Source: Sporopachydermia quercuum (taxonomy: Eukaryota). From it: a stretch of DNA of 64,000 bases. The notes beneath the pieces were generated by a model, which had not been told where the DNA came from, made no database searches, and saw only the letters and a list, made by a program, of their open reading frames with translations. The translations under genes were made by a program, and so were the position numbers. Below, in pieces: positions 34,901-44,323 of this stretch. Location of the stretch: the NCBI GenBank assembly GCA_001599295.1, contig BCGN01000004.1, forward strand, positions 1,120,138 to 1,184,137, given 5' to 3'. How positions within the stretch are numbered: the stretch's first letter is position 1; each line of letters opens with the position of its first letter.

Positions 34901-37900
34901 ATGACAATCGAGCCGATGGGTCGAGGGGCGGTTCAGTTTATGAACCCATTTCTTAACCAGGTGTTTAACAATCCAGACCCATGGTCAAGCACCAGCAAAT
35001 CATACATTCAAGCTTTGAGANATAACCCAGAGAGTTATGTTATTCTGGTACCATCATCGGCCATTTTACTGTTTTATGATGAGAGTATTTCTAAAAGNAA
35101 GTACGAGAGGTTATGTCAAAATGAAGATTTCATCTTATCTCATATAATAAAGATTCCTTCACCTTTGGGTCCTAAACCACCAAGTCATCTTGGCGTCAAA
35201 AACGGTAAGGCTTATAATACGTTGAACAACAAGATTCTTGCTGTTAATGGTGATACAATATATGATGTCTCTGGTTATAGAAGAAGTGTGACTGCTAAAA
35301 TTGTCGATGAAATACTTCTAACGTCTCAAACACCATATTTCCCTGCAAATGCTAAATTCATGGTGCTGGTCGTTTCCAGGCCATTTATAGGCAAACCAAT
35401 AGCAAGAGAAGAAACAGATTTTGGTGGAATTCCTATGAGTTATCTGTTTAATAAGTACGATTTGATGTTCCTGGGTCCAAATCATGAACTGGAGGATACT
35501 AATTCCCAGAACAATCCATCAGTCAACAATAAGGCATATAATTCATCAACAACAGCTTCAACAATCTCAGCAAACTCAACAGAATCAGCTTCTCTCACTT
35601 CCTCCTTAACATCAGTGGATCCCAAATATTCCACAAATAGCATTGATCCTATATCAAAACTTGGTAATGTTCCTCCTCTTGGTGATGTACTTACAAGATT
35701 CCCTTTCATATCTCAACAGATAGGCAGCAGATTCTCTTCTTTATTCAAAAGGTTTACTTGTAAAAATATTGAAAACGAAATGGAGCTTATTGAATCTTTC
35801 AACAATTTGATCAGAAAAGCAATTGAAATATTCAGGTCTTTGGACTCTGCTGTAATTGTGGATCTGATATCAATAACAGGTTATTCTAAAGAAGATCTTG
35901 AACGATCACTACATATATACATTGAAAATAACATATCAGACAAATTATGGAGGAAAATAGTAGAACTGAANACTGCTTCAAGAGATACTATGTTCCAGAA
36001 CTATACAGATAGACTTGATTACTTTGAAGATGACAAACTAAGAGCTCATCTACACAATATTAGCATTGGTCAAGTAGGACTACCAGATATGCATTATGAA
36101 AAGCTCCAAGAGCTTGAAAGAAGAGCAGTACTTGCAGTTAAAGAGTTCGAAGGTTTGAATAGAACCACAAACACTGATGCTAAATTGAAGATCATTTTCA
36201 ACACATTAGACCTTCTGAATGACTCATCAGTAACTCCTTCGTCATCTTCAGCAACAGCCAAAGTGACTATATCATCTCTCGATGCTGATACGCTCATTGG
36301 ACTGATGTTATTTGTTCTTTTACGTAGTGATGTTCCTGATTTGCATATTCATTTGTTTTATATAAAAACATTTGCATTTGATGACATTGAATCAGGTTCT
36401 ATTGGCTATGGATTGTCTACGTTTGAAGGTGTGCTATTTTACTTGGAGGATCAAGAGAATTTAAGTAGGCTGAGTCAAATATGTAAAGAAAACTTTGAGA
36501 TATGGAACACTGTCAAAGAGGATGATTCTATAAGACTACAAAGAGCCTGGGAAAGTGGGCTTCGTTCACTTCTCACAAGTCAAGAATCTATGTTTTATAT
36601 TAAAAATAAATCATTTGACAGCATTTTGATGGTAGCTATTCAGTTATCTAGTAAGAATGTTCTTCAAACACTTTTATCTCATTCAGAATTATTTCCCTAT
36701 GGAAGAATCATGTGCGAGAAAAGTCATACAACTGGTATGACTCTCTTATGTGCAGCGGTTCAATCAGGTGATGAAGAGTTAATTGATATGGTACTTGATG
36801 CTGTTGATGATGCTCCTTTCGAAAGAAAGATTGCTTACTTCCGAGAAAAAGATATATATCAACGAACTATTGGTCATTATTTGTTCTACTACAGAGATGC
36901 GTTATATGAATTAGGATTGATGATTCAATGGGATGATAGAGATTTGAATGGTCAAACACCATTATTTGCTATATGTAGATCCTATGACCATGCTTACTAT
37001 GATCAATTAGTATCGGAAGCGTTTATTATATGTGATACATGGTATAAAGAAGTTCTGGGAAGAAAAGGAATCGATTTATATGATCATGTTGATAATAAGG
37101 GTAATAGTATTCTTCATGTGATTTTTACCACCAAAGCAGTTAAAACTGTATTGAAATATAGGGCAGATGTCAATGCTGTTAATAACAAAGGTATAACCCC
37201 ATTGATGATTTACTCAAAATATGCTCGTATAGAAGCCATGAAGGCATTGTGCGCAACGAATGAAGTCGATTTTGACAAAAGAGATCTTAAAGGTTTAACA
37301 GCTTTGGATATAGCCAAAAATACCCAAGTACAAGAAGCTATAGATGAAATTTACTTGTTCAACTACGCACCAGTAATAGATGGTAAACGATTGGCTGGCG
37401 TTATTAGGCCTATTTTCATTAATGGCCAATTACAATTAGTTGTGAAAAGTATTATGATGAATTTAGATCATCAGTCAAATGGTAAGCCATCCATAGTATC
37501 TGCACCACCATTAGATGAATCTAAATATAATAATGGTTATTATAATCATTATTTGAATAATGAAAAGAAACTATTTTCTGTTACAAGATCTATTGCTGAT
37601 TTCCAGTTTCTTTGGAAATGGTTAAGATATGAGAACCCTTATTCTTGGATACCTACTATTGAAGAATCTTTAAGCTATAACGAATCAGTTAAGAGATTCC
37701 GGGGGAAAACGCAGCATCACCAAGATATGGTGTTATTTCAGTTAGGATTACCATTCAAATTTTCAAGGAAGAAAATACAGGAATTGGCCAAAAGTCTCAA
37801 TTCATTCCTATGGTTATTATTATATCATCCGGTATTTGGGTCTCATGAATTACTATGGGAGTTTCTAATAGTGCAAGAACTAGATTTCAATCATTGTATC

Positions 37901-38779
37901 ACCAGATGTAAACGGAAGCTATCAAATAACGAAGAAAAATATATGGGTTTAACATCTAGCACTAGAATTGATAGTAACGATAAACTAGAAGTATTACTGA
38001 ATGGGTATGGTGTTTTAGGTATTGAAGAGATATATGAAATGAATATGTTTGTTTCTCATTTCAGTGAAAGCTTGAATGATTTGATTATCAAAGTACGACA
38101 GCTTTTAAGTATATCTGAAATGTATGTGACTAAAAGCTTTGATTTGGCTGAAAGTATATCTATTCTATGTCAAATCGGCGAACATATGAGTATATCTATC
38201 GATGGTAAAACTTCAAATGATAAAATGAACAAAGTATTCTTTGCACTTAAGAAGCTAAATGATAACATATCTCCAGCTTTAGGTCCTGACACGTTTTATA
38301 AATTGATAATGTCAATCTCTGTTACTTGCACAACTGTGAAATTGAAATTGGATCAATTGAAAGAAACTGTCACTGATTATAGGCATGGTCTGGCTCAAGA
38401 GGAGCAATATAATAAAGCCTTATCGGAGATAAGCGGTGCTATAAAGAAGCAACAACAAGAATCTGAGATTGCAGATGCAAGTATTATCAATATGAAGAAA
38501 CTTAATATCGTGGGAACAATGAATGATACCAAAAGGAGGAAAGACGAACAAAAGATAAAGNAGGATTTAGCTGTAATATCAGAGAAGAAGATTAAGCAGT
38601 CGGCAATGATTAGAAATTTGCATGAAACTGTAGCTGCGGAAATTGGTGAATTTTTTCGTGTTAAATCTGTATTTATCCGGGATGCAATAACAAAGAAAGC
38701 AGCATGTGAGATTAAAAACTTGAAGAGTAAACTGCTTTTTCAGGAAAGCTTATTAGAATCATATAGAAACTGGAATTAG
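34901..38779 (+). CDS. VRL1: VPS9-ankyrin-PX-BAR protein (Vrl1/VARP-like)
   Basis: VPS9 motif DADTLIGLM...GYGLSTFEGVL, ankyrin repeats (GQTPLF, GITPLM, GLTALD), PX-like RSIADFQFL...HELLWEFL, C-terminal coiled coil. Confidence 0.85.
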   Translation: MTIEPMGRGAVQFMNPFLNQVFNNPDPWSSTSKSYIQALRXNPESYVILVPSSAILLFYDESISKXKYERLCQNEDFILSHIIKIPSPLGPKPPSHLGVKNGKAYNTLNNKILAVNGDTIYDVSGYRRSVTAKIVDEILLTSQTPYFPANAKFMVLVVSRPFIGKPIAREETDFGGIPMSYLFNKYDLMFLGPNHELEDTNSQNNPSVNNKAYNSSTTASTISANSTESASLTSSLTSVDPKYSTNSIDPISKLGNVPPLGDVLTRFPFISQQIGSRFSSLFKRFTCKNIENEMELIESFNNLIRKAIEIFRSLDSAVIVDLISITGYSKEDLERSLHIYIENNISDKLWRKIVELXTASRDTMFQNYTDRLDYFEDDKLRAHLHNISIGQVGLPDMHYEKLQELERRAVLAVKEFEGLNRTTNTDAKLKIIFNTLDLLNDSSVTPSSSSATAKVTISSLDADTLIGLMLFVLLRSDVPDLHIHLFYIKTFAFDDIESGSIGYGLSTFEGVLFYLEDQENLSRLSQICKENFEIWNTVKEDDSIRLQRAWESGLRSLLTSQESMFYIKNKSFDSILMVAIQLSSKNVLQTLLSHSELFPYGRIMCEKSHTTGMTLLCAAVQSGDEELIDMVLDAVDDAPFERKIAYFREKDIYQRTIGHYLFYYRDALYELGLMIQWDDRDLNGQTPLFAICRSYDHAYYDQLVSEAFIICDTWYKEVLGRKGIDLYDHVDNKGNSILHVIFTTKAVKTVLKYRADVNAVNNKGITPLMIYSKYARIEAMKALCATNEVDFDKRDLKGLTALDIAKNTQVQEAIDEIYLFNYAPVIDGKRLAGVIRPIFINGQLQLVVKSIMMNLDHQSNGKPSIVSAPPLDESKYNNGYYNHYLNNEKKLFSVTRSIADFQFLWKWLRYENPYSWIPTIEESLSYNESVKRFRGKTQHHQDMVLFQLGLPFKFSRKKIQELAKSLNSFLWLLLYHPVFGSHELLWEFLIVQELDFNHCITRCKRKLSNNEEKYMGLTSSTRIDSNDKLEVLLNGYGVLGIEEIYEMNMFVSHFSESLNDLIIKVRQLLSISEMYVTKSFDLAESISILCQIGEHMSISIDGKTSNDKMNKVFFALKKLNDNISPALGPDTFYKLIMSISVTCTTVKLKLDQLKETVTDYRHGLAQEEQYNKALSEISGAIKKQQQESEIADASIINMKKLNIVGTMNDTKRRKDEQKIKXDLAVISEKKIKQSAMIRNLHETVAAEIGEFFRVKSVFIRDAITKKAACEIKNLKSKLLFQESLLESYRNWN

Positions 38780-39087
38780 AATAGAGATAAATCAATGCTA
38801 TGGTTCTGTGTAGGTATTACTATAAGGATCTACAAGCAAACAAATATTAATGTCATAAATTAAGGTGATGATCAAGTAAACATACATACATATAGAATTA
38901 TAGATACAAGAAAAATTGATGAACCTAATGGCATTCATTATTGACCACTATTACCATTGTAAAAGATTGAAAAGGGCTTTCGGTGTGGACTTTTTAATAA
39001 ACGATGATGATACAATTCACGTATTAAACAGCTCTGCCAAACAAGAAAGCGTATCTGAAAACCAATATATTTCCTTATTGAAAATAA

Positions 39088-40059
39088 TTACTGAGGACTA
39101 CCTCTTCCACCGAGACCAAATTGCTGAGCCATTTGTTGAAGTTGAGGATCATTTAATAATGATTGCATAGCTGCTGGATTTGACATCATTTGTTGAGCGG
39201 CTTGCATTAATTGAGGGTTACTGAGTAAAGAGGCGAAATCGAAGCCGGGAGCTCCTCCTGCTCCACCTGCCCCACCGGCCCCACCAAACATTGAACCTAA
39301 AGCAGACAAATCAGGGAATCCACCAGCACCAGCTCCTGGACCAGCGGCTCTGTTTTCTGTTGAAGTTGAATCAATCTCAGTAGAAGGAGTAGGGTTAGAA
39401 GCACCTGAATCAGCAAGTTCTTCAACACGTCTTTTAGCTGTTTCGTACCCTCTCTTCATGGCTTCAGAACAAGCATCACCTTCAACTTCCATACCCTTTT
39501 TATAAGCTTCCATTGATCCAGCAGCATCACCTAAAGCATATCTAGCAAGGCCTAATCTTGAGTAAGCCTTAGGATATCTAGGGTCGTGTTCTATAGCTTT
39601 TTGAGCATCCTTAACGGCTAGTTCATGCTTTCTTAAAGAAGAATAAGCAGCAGCTCTATTAGATAAATAAACTGGGTTGGTTGGAACTAAAGCAATGGCT
39701 TCTGAATACTTCTCAACAGCTTCTTCATATTTCTTTTGAGCCATAAGCTTGTTACCAGCGATCTTCAACTCATCAGCTTCAGCGGTCTTGTCAACTTCTG
39801 ATTTCTCAACTTTTACTGGTATTTCAACACTGTCACTAGCAGGTGTTTCATCCTTGCTATTACTTTCATAAGCAGCAAGTATATCGGTAAGGGATGTTGA
39901 TTTGAGCTCATACGAATCAATATCACTTTCCTCCACATCGAAAACTTCAGTAATACAGTCGATAGCCACATCTAATGATTCAGCATCATCTGACTTCTTG
40001 GCTGCCTCTTTTAGAAAGTTGATAATAGCCACAGCTGTGGTCTTTTCATTAATAGCCAT
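39088..40059 (-). CDS. SGT2: TPR co-chaperone of the GET pathway
   Basis: ESLDVAIDCI dimerisation domain, three TPRs (YLSNRAAAYS, KAYSRLG), Gln/Met-rich STI1 tail; likely start MAINEK at 40059. Confidence 0.95.
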   Translation of the reverse strand: MAINEKTTAVAIINFLKEAAKKSDDAESLDVAIDCITEVFDVEESDIDSYELKSTSLTDILAAYESNSKDETPASDSVEIPVKVEKSEVDKTAEADELKIAGNKLMAQKKYEEAVEKYSEAIALVPTNPVYLSNRAAAYSSLRKHELAVKDAQKAIEHDPRYPKAYSRLGLARYALGDAAGSMEAYKKGMEVEGDACSEAMKRGYETAKRRVEELADSGASNPTPSTEIDSTSTENRAAGPGAGAGGFPDLSALGSMFGGAGGAGGAGGAPGFDFASLLSNPQLMQAAQQMMSNPAAMQSLLNDPQLQQMAQQFGLGGRGSPQ

Positions 40060-40259
40060 CTTCAATAATATCTCTGATCTAGATCTACTAAGGCAATGCA
40101 CTACTAATACAATACGTTCAATTAATCCTCAACAATTAAATAATTCACAACACAAATATATTGCTTCTAATATTTCTGATCGCTCAATCAACTCTCTTCT
40201 CTCTTACGTCTTCTCTGAATGTATATACAAGCATATATTCTGAACTGATCATCAAACAT

Positions 40260-41775
40260 AATTTAAGCACACAGACCTATATCTGCGGACTGTGCTTGCC
40301 ACGTTCAGGCAATTCACACTGATCTCCTGAAGGCCCCACTACTTTTCCTTTCCTTTTTGGTTTCAAGGTCAAGCTTCCCCTCTTTGGACAAACCACCCGA
40401 ACACCTTAAATACATCATGTCTCACTCTATTACCCCAGAGTTTGCTGCTGGGATAAGATGGAGATTACAACGAATGACAGAGTGAGTGGTTAAAATCATT
40501 GTGAGCTGATTGAACAGGGTCAAAGGAGCAAGCTTGAGTTTTTATTTTGGATTGGTAATTTAGTATATTGTGTGTAAGGGGAATTTCTTGAAAGGTAGCT
40601 GGATAAGAAGTGAAGAGAGGACATGTAAAAGTTGAGAAATTCATGAACAAACGGGAGTGGTACTGGATTTGTAGCTTGAGTATGATGAATAAAAAGACTT
40701 GCCCTTTCTCTCTTTTCCATTCACTCTGATTTTAACATTGATTGATAAGAGGATGTTTTTTTTTGCAAAGTTATTTTGAAGAGTAAATACCCATGCTAAT
40801 GTCAACAATTGATATCTCATACAAACTGATTTAGTTCACTTCATTCTTAATACCCACGGCATCACATTTTTTTACTAATATTAAGGTTGTAGACGGTTAT
40901 TGACAATTTTCTTGCTGTTAGCGAAGGAAATGAGACCCAATTAGTAAGATGGTAAGGTAGGATGCCTTCTTGATGGTCATTTCAATGGATTGATTACATC
41001 TATTATGAATAACAAAATTTTTAGAGCCCATTCCCAAGTAAAACGTCTGGCGGTTAAAGAATTAGCTTTCACTGACTGAATAAAGATGTGAAGCTATTGA
41101 ATTTGAAATTGAGCGGATTGATTCTGATGAAGGTAGATAGATGGTCACCAGGGTTAAAAAGAGGAAAGCGTTTAGAACTGTTAGTTCAATATTCATCCTG
41201 TATCCAAAGTTTCTAGTAACTTATATTACATTTTCACAATTTATATTGTCTACCTTCCTAAATACTGCCGCTGTTCTATGTCTATTTCTACCCAATAGCT
41301 CTAATATATCAATTCTATGGACTATATGAATTTGACACTCCGCAACCTTTCTCATTTTTATATGCAGCGAATCTGTACAAAAATCTTAATTTCCGCAGTT
41401 AAAGATATAAGGTTTGTTAAATATTTCCTATTTGAGGTATTCTCTATTATTGATAACTCAGAAAGTACCGGGCAATACATAGGAAATCAAGAACTCAAAA
41501 TAAAAGTTGGAAATGGGCTAGTTCATCAAGTCTTATAAAAATCATTGAAAGAATCCCTCTTTTTCAATTTCTTANATAGAGAGAGTCATGTTGTTTGTTC
41601 TTCTCTGATCTCCAGTTAGATTAACCTTAAGTAAAACGGCAACTAATAATTGAATAGGCAGGCTATCTCTTGGTTATATACTCCCCAAAAAGAACACTAT
41701 AACTAGCAATATTATTATTGCTTCTCTAAGTGTTAGTCAATAATTTGTCAATATTATCTGTGCTTATTTTTTCTT
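40260..41775 (+). ncRNA. Large structured non-coding RNA, candidate telomerase RNA; ends approximate
   Basis: No credible ORF; more than 10 mutually nested helices, with G-U pairs mostly favouring the + strand; template-like CACCCGAACACC (40394-40405) between a boundary hairpin and a GAATG-containing hairpin. Confidence 0.6.
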
Positions 41776-41886
41776 TCCTCATAACCTAGCTTTATCAGTT
41801 TTTCTATACTAGTCGACAGATCAACAATGGAAATCAACTTACCTTTTGGCGCTAAGATTTCATCTAAAGTATTTAACGTTCTGGAA

Positions 41887-41893
41887 TGAGTCA
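41887..41893. promoter_or_regulatory. Gcn4 site upstream of ARO8
   Basis: TGAGTCA about 290 bp upstream of an amino-acid biosynthesis gene. Confidence 0.55.
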
Positions 41894-42183
41894 AATAGTG
41901 TAACCTTATTTATTCCATAATTCAAAGTAAAAATTATAAAACCTACCAAAAATCTTACAAAGGAGTTNGTTCGTCCTGAAAAACCTTCATATTTAATTTT
42001 GCTAAAGGTGGATTTGGTCTTATTGAATAAATTGGAGTCAAAGTCCAAGTGAAGAGAAGATTCTGTTTGTTTGGTGCATCTTTTTGTAATCAAATTCTTG
42101 ATTAATAAATTGGGGAACTAATAACTGAAAATCTAGCATTTGTTTATTTGTTATAATCATCAACCGGAAAGACAATTTTCATC

Positions 42184-43710
42184 ATGACAGTTGCGAAGGA
42201 TTCCCAATTGCCAAAGGCAAAGGATATGTCCCACCACTTATCTGTGGAGGCTCAATCCAGAAGATCATCACCATTGAAAACTGCATTCAAATACTTTAAT
42301 AACCCCGATATTGTTTTCTTAGGTGGTGGTTTACCTCTTTCAGATTATTTCCCATTCAAAGAGATTGATTTCCAAGCACCTAAACCACCATTTGCTGAAG
42401 GAATTTCCAAGGTCCCAAGTGGAGATGAAAAGAATGATGACACTGTTTTTGCATCAGTTCCTCGTTCATCAGACTTAGCCAAATCGACAATCTCACACAA
42501 TGGATATGATGATGTTTTGCTCAAGAACTCACTGCAATACGGCTTCACTGAAGGTCAACCAGCTTTAAGACAATTCATTTATGATCATACTAAATTGATC
42601 CACAATATTCCTTACGAAGATTGGAATGTTGTTAGTACTGTTGGTAACACCCAAGCCTGGGATGCAACTCTTAGAACCTTCTGTTCTAGAGGTGAAACCA
42701 TTCTCGTTGAAGAGTACTCTTTCTCCTCTGCTTTAGAAACTGCTCATGCTCAAGGTGTTACTTGTTTCCCTCTTCCTATGGATAATCATGGTATAATTCC
42801 TGAAAAGTTAGATGAAATTTTGNCCAACTGGAACTATAATGATGACAAATCAAACTTCCCTAAACTTTTATATACAATTCCTACTGGTCAAAACCCTACT
42901 GGCTCTACTTTATCTTCTGAAAGAAGAAAGGCTATTTATGATGTCTGTTCCAAGTTTGACATTATCATTATTGAGGATGAACCATACTATTTCTTACAAA
43001 TGGAAACTTACACCCAAGATGCAGAAGCTCGTGCTACTCAAGGTGTTGCTGATTCTAAAGAATTTTTGTCCTCTTTAGTCAAATCTTTTTTGAGCTTTGA
43101 TGTAGATGGTAGAGTTCTTCGTTTAGACTCTTTCTCCAAGGTCATCGCCCCAGGTTCTCGTATTGGCTGGATTGTTGGTCAAGAAAAGCTCTTAGAACGC
43201 TTTGTTAGGTTACATGAAGTATCAATTCAAAGTCCTTCTGGTTTCGCTCAAAGTTCCATTCTGGGTTTATTGGCAAGATGGGGACAATCAGGTTACCTTG
43301 ATTGGTTGATTGGCCTTCGTAAGGAGTATACTCACAAAAGAGACGTTGCCATCGATGCTGTTCAAAACAATGTACCTAAATCAGTTGCTTCATGGGTTCC
43401 ACCTACTGCTGGTATGTTTTTCACTGTTCAAATTGACGCATCAAAGCATCCTAATTTTGCTACTGAATTCAATTCCGATCCAGCAAAAGTTGAAGAAGCT
43501 ATCTATGAAGTTGGTTTGAAGATTGGAACTTTGATGATTCCTGGTTCCTGGTTTGCAGTTTCTGAAAACACTGAACCTCCTCAAGAAATCGTTGTTAGTG
43601 ATCCTAACATTATTTTCTTCCGAGGTACTTATGCAGCTGTACCATTGGACCAACTTGTCTTAGGTATTACGAGATTCGGTGAAGCAGTGAAGACTGTATA
43701 TGGTTTATAA
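42184..43710 (+). CDS. ARO8: Aromatic/aminoadipate aminotransferase I
   Basis: LGGGLP, SLQYG, PTGQNPTG, EDEPYYFLQ, PLP lysine in DSFSKVIAPG. Confidence 0.96.
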   Translation: MTVAKDSQLPKAKDMSHHLSVEAQSRRSSPLKTAFKYFNNPDIVFLGGGLPLSDYFPFKEIDFQAPKPPFAEGISKVPSGDEKNDDTVFASVPRSSDLAKSTISHNGYDDVLLKNSLQYGFTEGQPALRQFIYDHTKLIHNIPYEDWNVVSTVGNTQAWDATLRTFCSRGETILVEEYSFSSALETAHAQGVTCFPLPMDNHGIIPEKLDEILXNWNYNDDKSNFPKLLYTIPTGQNPTGSTLSSERRKAIYDVCSKFDIIIIEDEPYYFLQMETYTQDAEARATQGVADSKEFLSSLVKSFLSFDVDGRVLRLDSFSKVIAPGSRIGWIVGQEKLLERFVRLHEVSIQSPSGFAQSSILGLLARWGQSGYLDWLIGLRKEYTHKRDVAIDAVQNNVPKSVASWVPPTAGMFFTVQIDASKHPNFATEFNSDPAKVEEAIYEVGLKIGTLMIPGSWFAVSENTEPPQEIVVSDPNIIFFRGTYAAVPLDQLVLGITRFGEAVKTVYGL

Positions 43711-44323
43711 ATTTGACAGTATGTACATAGTGATCTTTGTTTTAATACTAACAAATTGCTGTGATAAAAGTCCCGCCTAAGATTTGAGATAAATAATTGA
43801 ATTCTGTCTACTACTTTATGGGTTTCAGCCTATTCTCTTTTCCTATCCAGTATAAATATTCTATAGACCCAATACGTGTATTATTGTTTTCTGGAAACTT
43901 AGACAGAAAGTGCTAATAACAATGCAGCTGGTAGTCTCGATTACTGTGATTCCAAACGATTCCAAACACTCTTATAAAACGATACCAAAGAGTTCGTCTG
44001 TTTACTATTTACTATATACACTTATCATTCTGGTCATTCCACTCCCTTGCAAATCATTCTGGTAACTCATTTAATCAATCTTTCATTTTTTTCAGTGAGC
44101 AAAATTCAGAGCTCCTACCTCATTCTCCGATATTTTTCTCCCCATCAAATGAGACCTGAAGTTCACTTTTCATTCTCTATGAAGATGACAAATCGAATAG
44201 CATTGTTTAGTACTGTCTTTTATTCCTTCTCCCAATTTACCAGAGAACANAGAGATCACTAATTCAATCCAAGCATGAAACCAAACTAAATATTGTTCCC
44301 AAAGCCTTTGACGTACAAGTAAA

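Noticed and set aside
40328..40337. TGAAGGCCCC resembles the RNase MRP CR-I motif
   Set aside because: No matching GGGGC-type CR-V partner near the 3' end to form P4.
40682..40729. C-box (ATGATGA) to D-box (CTGA) segment containing AGACTTGCCCT, complementary to 18S rRNA AGGGCAAGUCU
   Set aside because: Only 48 nt, the guide is not followed by a D or D' box, and the same bases form a long-range helix in the larger RNA.
41842..41858. CCTTTTGGCGCTAAGAT resembles the 5' region of U2 snRNA
   Set aside because: The branch-recognition sequence GTGTAGTA and the downstream U2 stems are missing.
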